The notes under the pieces were generated by a model that ran no database searches, had not been told where the DNA came from, and was given only the letters and a program-made list of their open reading frames with translations. Shown here one piece after another: positions 46,450 through 58,304 of a stretch of 64,000 bases of DNA; positions within the stretch are counted from its first letter, which is position 1, and each line of letters begins with the position of its first letter. The DNA comes from Mobula hypostoma (Eukaryota). Location of the stretch: NCBI RefSeq assembly GCF_963921235.1, contig NC_086108.1, forward strand, positions 17,918,001 to 17,982,000, read 5' to 3'. The translations under genes and the position numbers were made by a program.

Positions 46450-47050
46450 CACAATGCCAAGGAAATCAGGATATGAATTTGGAATATATGAACAATTTTT
46501 GGACTGTATCTGCTGAAGAATATTCTGGACCTTTGAGGAGGTTCAGAAGAATAATCCTGGGAATGAAAGTTTGAATGCTTGAAGAGTGTTTGATGATCAG
46601 GGCATGTACTCAATGCGTTTCAGAAGGATAACAGAGGAATCTCATTGAAACCTACCGCATGCTGAAAGGCCTGGATAGAGTGGACGTGGAGAGGATGTTT
46701 CTAGGAGAGTCTAGGACCAGATGACACAACTGGAGAATACGCAGGTGTCCCTTTAGAATTCAGAATCAGAATCAGGTTTATTATCACCAGCATGTGTTGT
46801 GAAATCATGAGATGAGGAGCAATTTCTTCAGCAAGAGGGTGGAGAATCTGTGGAATTCATTGCCATTGTGGGCTCTGGAGGCCATATCATTCTGTGTATT
46901 TAAGACTGGAATTGATAGCTTCTTGACTGGTAAGAGGGGTGTTAACCGTTACAGGGAGAATGGGGTTGATTTGAAACAAAACAACCAGTCATGATTGAAT
47001 GGTAGAGCAAATTTGTTAGGCTGAATGGCCTAATTCTGCTCCTGTATCTG
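46450..47050 (+). mobile_element. Decayed CR1 3' fragment
   Basis: MRSNFFSKRVENLWNSLP. Confidence 0.75.
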
Positions 47051-47889
47051 AACGTCTAACTCCCATAATGCCACCTGCAGTGGATACTTCAGTGGGCTGT
47101 GTCTGCGTGACCCAAGGAAATCAGAGTGGTATGCCAAGGCAATGGTAACTTCAATGGCACCCCCACCACCTAGGGCGTGCTCTCTTCTCACTACTGCCGT
47201 AAGAAAGAATCTATAGGAGCCTCAGGCCACACACTACCGCATTCAAGTTATTACCACTCAGCCCTTTGGCTCCTGAACCAAAGGGGATAACTTCACTTAA
47301 CCTCGCTTTCCACATTATTGAACTATTCCCACAACCTATGGACTCACTTTCAAGGACTCTTCATCTCATGTTCTCAATATTTATAGCTCTTTTATTTACT
47401 ATTATTATTATTTCTTTTTGCACATTGAGTTGTCTTTTAGATGTACCCCAACAACTCTCCTTTAAGATGCTTCTCAAAATTTTCCTTAAAAATAAATCTT
47501 GGTTGGCTGGTTTGTTGGTAATGATATTCTCTTCCTTTGGCCTGCTGTCAAAACTCAGTTTGAAAATTTTTAACTAACTTTAATTAAATCCAATTGTTAT
47601 GTTTCAACTTGTATACACAAATACACAAGTATATGAGTGTGTGTGTTTTATATCTGTGTTTTGGTGCTACTTTATTTGGGCCCCTTTATATTGCTATGAT
47701 CAGTGTGTTAATGCATACCAGTATTATTCTTCATGAAGCTCTGCCATGTCAAGAATCTGTCTTATTGTTCAATAGTCTTATAGCATGATAGAAGCTTGAA
47801 GCTTTTGCATCCTGCCTGTTGGTTGGGAGGATAAGAGAGAATGTCGGGGTTAGGTGTTTTACTGAGGCAATAAGAAGAATAGGCAGAGT

Positions 47890-48220
47890 CCATAAGACCA
47901 TCAGATGTAGGAGCAGAATTAGGTTATTCAGCCCATCGAGACTGCTCTGCCATTCCATCTTAGCTGATTCTCCACCATTCTCTAGTTTTCTCCCTGTACC
48001 TTTGACACCTTTACTGATCAAAAACCTATCAAACTCTGCTTTAAGTATGCTCAATGACTTTGCCTCCTATGGCATCTGTGGCAACAAAATCCACAGATTC
48101 ATCACCACCTGGTTATAGAAATTCCTCTTCATCTCTGTTCTAAATGGATGTCTCTCAGTTCTGAGGCTGTGCCCTCTGGTCATAGATATGCCCACTACAG
48201 GAAACATCATCTCCATATCC
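47890..48220 (-). mobile_element. CR1 3' fragment
   Basis: ILKAEFDRFLISKGVKG followed by CR1-type 3' UTR. Confidence 0.75.
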
Positions 48221-49208
48221 AGCCCTCATTTCTCTTCTTCCCCCCTCCCCCCCCCACCGACACTCCATCTGCCATCACTCACACACTCCTCCAACTGGTG
48301 ACCTTCCCCCTTCCCTCCCTTAATTTCATGCTCCTCCTTCCTGTCCAATCACATTCCACCATCTGTTGCCCTTTGTCACCTCCACCTAGCACCTTCCAGC
48401 CTCTGTCACTGTTTCCACTCCCCCTCCTCCATCTGCTTATCACCACATCCCCTCACCTGGATTCATCAATGATCTGCTAGCTCTTAACATACCCTTTTCC
48501 CTCTCTATACTGGCTTCTTTCCTCTCAGCCCAGATTATTACCCTGCCCCACCCCCATTTCCCCCCACATATGCTTCCTGACCTACCAGAGTCCTCCAGCA
48601 TTGTTCCTCCACTACCTCTATACTAACTGGGAATATCTGTTTAGAGTAAGTGAAAATTCTGACCAAGGAGTGAGTACCACCACTGAGGCAATCCAGCAAT
48701 TCACTTATGTTTCTGTTAGTGAATGTACATTTCCCTGAAGGCAAGTAAAAGGTTAAGAAGCATTAAGGACTCTGCAAAAAATCTTTGCTGTCAGATCGGG
48801 CCACATTAGCGGCTGTGCACACTAGTCACCCAAATCCTCCATGATGGTTAATGGAATCTCATTTGCATATCTGATCCTTGTGATGATTGATGAAGATTAA
48901 TGTCGTGCAGGTCCCTCCCGCAGTGGTGGCTTTTCTCTCTGCTGAAGGTTACAGCAACATTGCAGAGTGCTCTGAGGTGTGGGTGGCCTGCAGGGCTAGC
49001 AGAGAGAATGCAGGAGAGATTGCAATCAATCACAGCACCAAAGCAATGCTTTCTCAATCAATCAACCCTTAATATTCTATTTTCAGGAAACGCTATTCCC
49101 CAATCTAGCAAACCAGTTGTTTTTTTGGGCTTGATGACCTGTCAGATGGTAACTTGTATTTGTAGAGAACTTAAATGTTTATCTTGAATCAGTCTTTCTT
49201 TTGAGTCA

Positions 49209-49760
49209 GGGCAGCACAGTGGTACAGTTGGTAGTGCCGTGGCCTCACAGCCAGGGTGACCTGAGTTCAATCCTGACCTTTGGTACTGTTTGTTTGGGGG
49301 TCTACATTATTCTCCCCCTGATGTTTCTTCGAGTGCTCCTGTTTCCTCTCGCTTCCCAAAGATTAGAATAGGTTAACTGGTCACTGTAAGTTAGATGTGG
49401 GTGAGTGGTAGAATCTTTGGGGGGTGGAGATGAGGAAGGGTAATGGGGAAGGTGATGGGCTCTTGAATGAGTTTGGATTACAGGGAAATAAATGGGAGAA
49501 TGGGAATTATATGAGGGCCATTGTGGACAAGGGGCTGAATGGTCTCCTGCCATGGGGGCAGCATGGTAGTGTAGCAGTTAGCACAATCACCTTACAGCAT
49601 CATAGATAAGCCTTTAGAGTCTGATTCCCACCACTGTCTGTAAGGAGTTTGTATGTTCTCCCTGTGACCGCATGGCTTTCCTTTGGGGGCTCCAGTTTCC
49701 TCACAAGTTCCAAAGATGTAGGGTGAGTTGTGGGCATGCTATGTTGGCAGCAGAAGTGGG
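49209..49760 (+). mobile_element. Two SINE copies (~49209-49420, ~49555-49760)
   Basis: gggcagcacagtggtacagttggtag...gagttcaatcc head; V-domain remnants. Confidence 0.65.
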
Positions 49761-52509
49761 GTACACTTGCAGATCATCCTGGAGAGACTGGACTACCAGC
49801 AGTAATAGTGATTCTACTGTTACAAACAAATTCTGATTAGCCCTATTATTGTCTGCTGCTCCTGTGGACTCTTAAAGCTCCAATATGTGCTGTACTCCTT
49901 ACTGATTAACCACATGCTCGGTACTTCGAGAGCTCTCTGGAAATGAGAAGCCTCAAAATCAGTTGCAGTTTGCAGCATTACAACTAGGGGTGAGGGGTGT
50001 AATGTACTTAATATTTTAGTAATATCTGAGCAATATTGTATCTATATTGCTTAAGCATTCTTTGTTGGTTTACATAATCCATTATGGATTATATGTAAAA
50101 TTATGTGAATGGCATACGTCATTATGCCACCATGTCATATGTGAGCACCTAAGTAGAAACTAAGTGGATGAATGTCCCACTCCTGTGTTTTTCTTTCAGT
50201 TAGTTTCTGGAGTTACAAAACATAACAGTAGTGACGAGGAAGTTTTAAAACAAACTCAAGATGACTACTTATCTGTTGAAACACAGCATGTTTTTTCTTT
50301 GGAAGGGGAAAGAGAGGGACATTTGAGTTTTAGAAAAAGCACGGCATGCATTTCTTCTGAAGGAGGGGGAGACAGTTAAGTTAAAAGAAAAGGCCAAAAA
50401 ATGGACAAAGTTAACAAGTAGTTTATAAACAGTGAGCACTGGGTGATAATAATAAATTAAAAAAAGCAGAAATGGTTAACTACATCAAAAAGATAGGCAC
50501 GTTTGAGTACATAACAGATAACTGGATGATGCATACTGAATGAATTGAGTAAACAAATGGAATAGCTAATAAGAAACAAGTGCCAGGGTTGTTGAGTGTA
50601 ATAGATGGAAAATCATACAGTTTGCTGAAAAGTTTGACTGCTCCAACCAAACCAGCTGAACTGAACTTTGCTGATATTATGAACGTCATGCAAGATCATT
50701 TAAAACTGAAACTATTGTTGATTGTTGAAAGGTTCAGATTCATAAGCAGAACCAAAAGGACAAGGAGTCAGCTTACATTGCTAAATTGACAACATTGTCT
50801 GAGCATTGACAGTTTAGTAATGAGCTTAATGAGGCACTGAGAGGTTGGTTCATTTTTGGAATCTTACAAAAAAAGTTTTCAAAAATGGCTTCTAACTGAA
50901 GCACTGCTCACTTTTAAAAGAGAAGTTGAAATCACTGTATCAATAGAAAAAGAAGCCAGAGACTCAATTGAGTTGCAATCAGAAATGGAAGAAAGTGTGA
51001 ACAAAATTGCAATGTCTAAACAGAAACCTGCCTGGCTGAGCAGGTTGTGTTACTGTTGTGGCAAGGGCTCACATACACCAGACCAAGGCAGGTTTAAAGG
51101 CAAAACTTGCAGAACATGCAACAAAGTAGGACATATAAAAAAAGAATATGCTGGGCAACAAAAATAAATGACAAAAACAGGGAAGACAAAACAGATTTAA
51201 AAAAAGTCAAATTGTAGTTTCAAAAAAATGCACTAATCTGCACACTGTTAATGAAAAATCTGATAATGATGAGAGTGACACAGGACTGAGTTGTCTTGAG
51301 ATTTACAAAGGGAAAACTAACAATAGACAAGCAATATGGTTTATAGGAGAAGTGACTTTCAAATTAACTGAAATGAAATTGGACACTGGCTCATCTGTTT
51401 CAGTCATTCCATAAAATGAGTTTGAACAGCATGTCAAATATACCAAACTTAAGCCTGCAGATATCCAACTAAGAACTTATACTGGAAAAACGATAACTGT
51501 TGTAAGGATGACATTGTGTCAGTGAAATCCAATAACCAATAAGCTACATTGGGCTTGTACATGGTTTAAAAAAAAGTAGGGCCAGCAATGTGGGGCTGTG
51601 ATTGGCTGAGATAACTGCTACTTGATTGTAGATCCATCTACTTTTTGCATGCCATGTCCCCTGCAAAAGAGTTAACTGAAAGTAAATTAAGAAAGGTATT
51701 GGATGATGCTACAGCAGTGTTCAAGGATGGCACTGGAAAACAAACATCTTAAATTAAAACAAACATGTTAAATGAGTGTTAAATGAAAATTCTACACCCA
51801 AACTTTACAAAGCCTGTTGAGTTCCTTATACCATCCATAATAAAGTAGGCAGTGAGCTAGATTGCATGAACGCCAAAAGAATTCTTTCCAAGTTTGAATG
51901 GAGCCCATTGGCAATGCCAGTAGCCCTAGTAGCCAAGAAGGATGCATCTGTCAGGATCTGTGGTGAGTTTAAGGTCACCACCAACCCAGTATTGAAAGAG
52001 GATCAATATCTGTTGCCCAGGATAGAGAAGATCTTTGCAAACCTTTCTGGAGAAAAACACTTCAGCAACGTTGATTTAGCTGAGGCCTACCTACAGGTGG
52101 AGGTGGAAGAAAAGTCCAAAATGTTTCTCAGTATAATCACCCACAAATGGCTTTTTCACTATAATCGGCTTAATTTTGGAGTAGCATCTGCACCTGCACT
52201 CTGGCCGAAAGCTATGGACCAGGTGCTGCAAGAGGGCTCAGGCCCTCAATGTTACCTGGATGATATCATTGTTACTGATGAGGATGACAAGGAACATCTC
52301 CAAAATCCTCAAAACAGTGTGATAAATATTAGAAGATTATGGGCTCAGAGCACAATGCAACAAGTGTGAATTCTTTCAACCAAGCATCACTTACTGTAGT
52401 CACGACATTGACGCACAAGTGTGCTTACAAATTTCAAGCAGTGGTGGATGTCCCAAGGCCACTGGATGTATCATAGTTGTGGTCATTTTTAGGATTTGTC
52501 GATTACTAT

Positions 52510-53851
52510 GCTTTATACTTTATACTTTATTGTCGCCAAACAACTGGCACTAGAACGTACAATCATCACAGCGATATTTGATTCTGCACTTCACACTCCC
52601 TGGACTACAAATATTAAATATTAAAAATATTAAAAATAGTTAAAATTAGTAAATATTAAGAATTTAAATTATAAATCATAAATAGAAAATAGAAAAATGG
52701 GAAGTAAGTTATTGCAAAAAAACCGAGAGGCAGGTCCGGATATTTGGAGGGCATGGCCCAGATCTGGGTCAGGATCCGTTCACCAGTCTTATCACAGTTG
52801 GAAAGAAGCTGTTCCCAAATCTGGCTGTACGTGTCTTCAAGCTCCTGAACCTTCTCCCGGAGGGAAGAGGGCAAAAAGTCTGTTGGCTGGGTGGGTCGTC
52901 TCCTTGATTATCCTGGCAGCACTGCTCTGACAGCGTGCGGTGTAAAGTGAGTCCATGGACGGAAGATTGGTTTGTGTGATGTGCTGCACTGTGTTCATGA
53001 TTTTCTGCAGCTTCTTTTGGTCTTGGACAGGACAACTTCCATACCAGGTTGTGACGCACCCTAGAAGAATGCTTTCTACGGTACATCTATAAAAATTAGT
53101 GAGAGTTTTAAGGGACAGGCCAAATTTCTTTAGTTTTCTCAGGAAGTAAAGGTGCTGGTGGGCCTTCTTGGCAGTGAATTCTGCTTGGTTGGACCAAGTT
53201 AGGTCATTTGTGATATTGACCCCGAGGAATTTGAAGCTTTTGACCTGTTCCACTTGAGCACCACCAATGTAAATTGGGTCTACTCCTTCTGAAGTCAACA
53301 ACCAATTCTTTCGTCTTGCTGATGTTGAGGGATAGGTTATTGTCTTCGTACCATGCCACCAGGTTCTTAATTTCCTCTCTGTACTTAAACTCATCATTAC
53401 CCGAGATATGGCCTACAATTGTTGTGTCATCAGCAAACTTATATATTGAGTTTGATGGAAACTTGGCTACATAATCATGGGTGTACAGTGAGTACAGCAG
53501 GGGCCTGAGTACACAGCCTTGTGGGGCACCGGTGCTCAGAGTGATTGTAGAGGAGAGCTTGTCCCCTATTTTTACAGCCTGGGTCCTGTCTGTGAGGAAG
53601 TTGAAGATCCAGCTGCAGATCTGAGTGCTAAGGCCCAGGTTCTGGAGCTTAGGAATCAGTTTATTTGGAATGATGGTATTAAAGGCAGAGCTGTAGTCAA
53701 TGAAAAGGAGCCTTACGTATGCATTTTTATTCTCCAGGTGTTCTAAGGAGGAATGTAGGGCCAGAGAGATGGCATCTGTCGTTGACCTGTTGCTCCGGTA
53801 GGTGAATTGCAAAGCTTCGAGGTTGACCAGTAGGCTGTGGTTGATGTGTGC
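52510..53851 (-). mobile_element. Rex1/Babar-type LINE, 5'-truncated
   Basis: [27 protein letters not shown]; (GTATAAA)n tail; host pol reads GFVDYY|NRFLANL across it. Confidence 0.9.
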
Positions 53852-54172
53852 ATAACAGGTTTCTGGCAAATCTGGCTACTGTGCTCCACCCCTTGAACTC
53901 ATTCTTCCCATACATAGGAAGAAGTGGCAATGGATAAAACAGTGTGAGGTGGCTTTCAAAAAGTTTAGGAAAGTGGTGACATCAGACAGTGTACTCACAC
54001 ATTATGATCCATATCATCCAGTGAAACTCGCCTGTGATGCCTTGTTTCATGGTAAAGGTGCAGTCTTGTTTTATGTTATGAGTGAAAGAAGTGGAAAGCC
54101 CATAAACTTTGCATCACATTCCCTTATCTCTGTAGAGAATAATTACACAAAGACTGACAAAAAGGCCTTGGA

Positions 54173-54377
54173 AACAACAGGAATTCTGCAGATGCTGGAA
54201 ATTCAAGCAACACACATCAAAGTTGCTAGTGAATGCAGCAGGCCAGGCAGCATCTCTAGGAAGAGGTACAGTTGACGTTTCAGGCCGAGACCCTTCGTCT
54301 TGATGAAGGGTCTCGGCCTGAAACGTCGACTGTACCTCTTCCTAGAGATGCTGCCTGGCCTACTGCGTTCACCAGCA
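54173..54377. mobile_element. PLE-derived fold-back insertion
   Basis: 16-bp TSD ACAAAAAGGCCTTGGA (54157-54172, 54378-54393); 78-bp inverted arms. Confidence 0.92.
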
Positions 54378-55291
54378 ACAAAAAGGCCTTGGATCTGGTT
54401 TGGGGTGTAAAAGGTTTCAACTGATATGTGTATGGGAGAGAATTTACCCTCATTACTTATCATCAACCACTAGTATCCATTTTCAATCCACAAACACCAG
54501 CAGCACATATAAAGAGAGGGGTTTGTTTCTTGGAGGACACAACTACAAGACTGAATCATGGAAATGCTGATGGATTGTCCTGTTTACCCTTGGAAAAGGA
54601 GATACCTGAAAAAAATTTACAAAAGAGGACTTTCTCCAGAATGCATATTGGAAGTCTCCCTATTATGGCAAGATGGTCCAAAGGTAATCCAGAAAAGACC
54701 CCACACTGCCTCAGGTCTACATGGAAAAACAAAATGTCTAATTTGCAGCAGATATTCTAGTTCCCTCATTTATACCAGTGCCGTAATGAACCTTCCCTTG
54801 ACAGTCATTGCCTTAACTGAGAGTTGTTGTACTATCCAAGCGGACAGCTAAAGTGTTGGAGAGGCTATAGGCCAGTCATCCAGGCATGGTCAAAATGAAA
54901 GCATGGGCTTGCAGTTTTGTCTGGAGGACTAAGATAGATCAGCAGATTGAGCAGCTTGCCACGCATTGGTTGGGATGCGAATATGTTCAGAGCAATGCCT
55001 CTCTATCCCTGGGCAGAGGATTGTCCTGCATTGTCCTGGCAGAGGACTCATGTGGATTTGCTGAACCATTCATGGGTACAAGTTTCTTGGTAGTAGTGGA
55101 TACAGATACAAAGTGGCCAGAAGTGTTCCCAATAGTTTCCACTTCAGCCTTGCACACAGCTGATATGTTGTACAACCTCTTCTCAAGGATTGGTGTTCTA
55201 GAACAATGTGGACAATGTGGAACAACTGTGGAAAATGGACCACAGTTTGTTGTGGAACAGTTTAAGTCAATCCTGAAAATGAATGGAATAA

Positions 55292-55402
55292 CAAGCAACA
55301 CACATCAAAGTTGCTGGTGAACGCAGCAGGCCAGGCAGCATCTCCAGGAAGAGGTACAGTCGACGTTTCAGGCTGACCAGCATCTGCAGAATTCCTGTTG
55401 TT
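55292..55402. mobile_element. PLE-derived short insertion with 5' inversion
   Basis: TSD aatgaatggaataa/aatgaatagaataa matches 13 of 14. Confidence 0.88.
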
Positions 55403-55605
55403 AATGAATAGAATAAGACATGTTACATCCACACCGTGCCACCCAGCTACAAATGGATGTGCAGAAAGGTTGGTCCAGAGTCTGGAGAATGTATTGCAAA
55501 CAATGTCAGTAGAACCATTACACTGACATTGAATCAGAAGCTCACCACTTTCCTCTTTACATTTTGCAATGCAGCACACTTCACAACCAACATCTCACCA
55601 GCTAT

Positions 55606-56815
55606 CAACACAACATCAGTTCAGCATTTAACACAATCATTCCTCAGAAACTGATTGGAAAGCTGAGCCTACTGGGCCTGAGCACCACCCTCTGCAACCG
55701 GATCCTAGACTTCCTGACTGGGAGGCCTCAGTCAGTCCGGATCAGAAGCAGCATCTCCAACACCATCACACTCAGTACCGGGGCACCCAAGGGCTGTGTG
55801 CTCAGTCCACGACGGTGCACTCTGCTGACCCACGACTGTGCTGTAACACACAGCTCGAACCACATCATCAAGTTTGCCGATGACACGACCGTGGTGGGTC
55901 TCATCAGCAAGAACAATGAGTCAGCATACAGAGAGGAGGTGCAGCAGCTAACGGACTGGTGCAGAGCCAACAACCTGGCTCTGAATGTGAACAAAACAAA
56001 AGAGATGGTTGTTGACTTCAGGAGGACGTGGAACAACCACCCTCCGCTGAACATCAATGATTCCTCCGTAGAGATCATTAACAACACCAAATTTCTTGGT
56101 GATCACCTGGCGGAGAATCTCACCTGGTCCCTCAACACCAGCTCCATAGCAAAGAAAGCCCTGCAGCATCTCTACTTTCTGTGAAGGCTGAGAAAAGTCT
56201 GTCTCCCACCCCCGATTCTCACCAAATTCTACAGAGGTTGTATTGAGAGCATCCTGATCAGCTGCATCACTGCCTGTTTCAGAAATTGCACCACCTCGGA
56301 TCGCAAGACCCTGCAGCGGATAGTGAAGTCAGCTGAGAAGATCATCGGGGTCTCTCTTCCCGCCATTACAGACATTTACACCACATGCTGCATCCATAAA
56401 GCAAACAGCATTATGAAGGACCCCACGCATCCCTCATACAATCTCTTCTCCCTCCTGCCATCTGGCAAAACGCACCAAAGTATTTGGGCTCTCACGACCA
56501 GACTATGTAACAGTTTCTTCCCCCAAGCCATCGGACTCCTCAATACCCAGAGCCTGGACTGACACCAACCTACTGCCTTCTACTGTGCCTATTGTCTTGT
56601 TTATTATTTATTGTAATGCCTGCACCGTTTTGTGTGCTTTATGCAGTCCTGGGTAGATCTGTAGTCTAGTGTAGTTTTTTGTTATTTTACGTAGTTCAGT
56701 GTAGTTTTTGTATTGTTCATGTAGCACCATGGTCCTGAAAAATGTCGTCTCATTTTTACTGTGTACTGTACCAGCAGTTGTGTTCGAAATGACAATAAAA
56801 AGTGACTTGCCTTGA
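55606..56815 (+). mobile_element. Rex1/Babar-type LINE, 5'-truncated
   Basis: [31 protein letters not shown] then gacttg-type tail; CTAT duplicated at both flanks. Confidence 0.9.
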
Positions 56816-56926
56816 CTATGCTGGTTGCCCCTTGCACTCAGTCTTGCTCAAGGCCAATCTCAGAAGGAGTATGTAGGGCAAACAGCTGAGACAAAAAGCT
56901 CCTCAAACAAAGAGGTTTGATGTTTC

Positions 56927-58304
56927 TGTCGCATGGTGGGCTTTGATGGTGTACCCAAATGCAAGACACAGACACTGAAGTACTAGGAACAGGACTAGGT
57001 TTATCACAATAGCAAGGTGAAAAACGACGCTGGACATTGACACAGGCCCTGGACAAGACTAGGATTCAGGGCCTGGGCTAGGACTTGGGCCAGAAGCACA
57101 GGACCTGGATGTGGAACTAGGAACAAGGAGCCTGGACTAGGAACTCAGAACTCCGGAACCAGAGTCCGGACAAGGACCCGGAACCTGGGTCTTGGTTGGG
57201 ACTCGGAATCTGGGTCTTGACTCGGAACCGGAACCCGGGTCTAGGCTAGGACTCGGGACTAGGATCTTGGCAAGGACTCGGGACTAAGATCTTGGCAAGC
57301 GCAGAACGTGGCTACAGGACAGGATGAGGTACTCCAGCACAGGATGAGGTACCCCAGGACAGGACGAGGAATCTCCAGCACTGTGCTGGGTGAGGAACTT
57401 GGCTGGGCGAGGAACTGGAACTAGATGAGGAAACGAAACTCAGATTTGGACAGGGCTGGAACACGGCGCTTGGACTTCGTCTTGGAACACAGAGCCTTGG
57501 ACATGGGCTGGACGAGGTACTCCAGGGTAGGGCGAAGCTCTTGGACTCAGCTTAGTTAGGCTCTTGGGTACGGAGCCGAGACTCTTCCTTGGAGCGCAGG
57601 GCCAGGACCCTTTCTAGGACGCAGGTCCAGGATGACTGCCGAGGTAAACTGCAGAGGATTCAGATGGGGACAAGGAGTCTCCAGCACTGGGGTGGGAGAG
57701 GTACTCCTGTGCTGGCCAAGGCACATGGACTGAAAGAGGACACAAAGCTCTGACTTGGACAGAGCTGGAACATGGCCCCTGGTCTTGGTCTTGGAACACC
57801 GGAACGCAGAGCCTTGGACTTGAGCACAGGAACACAGAACAGAGCCAGGACCCCTCCTTGGGGACAGGACCTAGGGCCAGGACTCTTCTTTGACACAGAC
57901 ACTAAATACAGGAAAACAAAGAGACAGTTCTAAACTCAACAATAGATAGTTCCTTATCTTGGCATGGCAAGGCTCCAGTCTCACTCCAGCAGTTGAATTA
58001 AACGGCAATACAGACAGGGACACAAGCAAGGTAGCAGGCGAAGGTAACAGACGAAGGTTAGTGCCAAAGTAACTGTTGAGATAAACTGCCAAATTAACTG
58101 CCAGGGATTCAGATGGGGAGAGGAAGGTAACAGTCCAGCAGGGAATCCTTGATTTGAGAGGTATTTATGTGCCAGCCCAAAACGAGAATCAGGTGCCTCA
58201 ATTAAGGCACCTAATGGAACAAGGGAAAACAGGAAAACCCGGAATAAGGATCGACGGACTGGACCATGAACCGGAATGCAGACTTCACAGACCAGACCAT
58301 GACA
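56927..58304 (-). mobile_element. Solo LTR-like element (1378 bp) with internal degenerate tandem repeats
   Basis: TGTC...GACA termini; perfect 5-bp TSD GTTTC; host sequence resumes across it; minus-strand TATA-like ataaata near 58165. Confidence 0.85.

Noticed and set aside
48861..48868. Octamer motif ATTTGCAT
   Set aside because: A single 8-mer is expected by chance in 64 kb, and there is no supporting context.
57040..57890. CRISPR-like array
   Set aside because: The repeats are degenerate and irregular, with no unique spacers or cas genes, inside an LTR-like element in a eukaryotic context.
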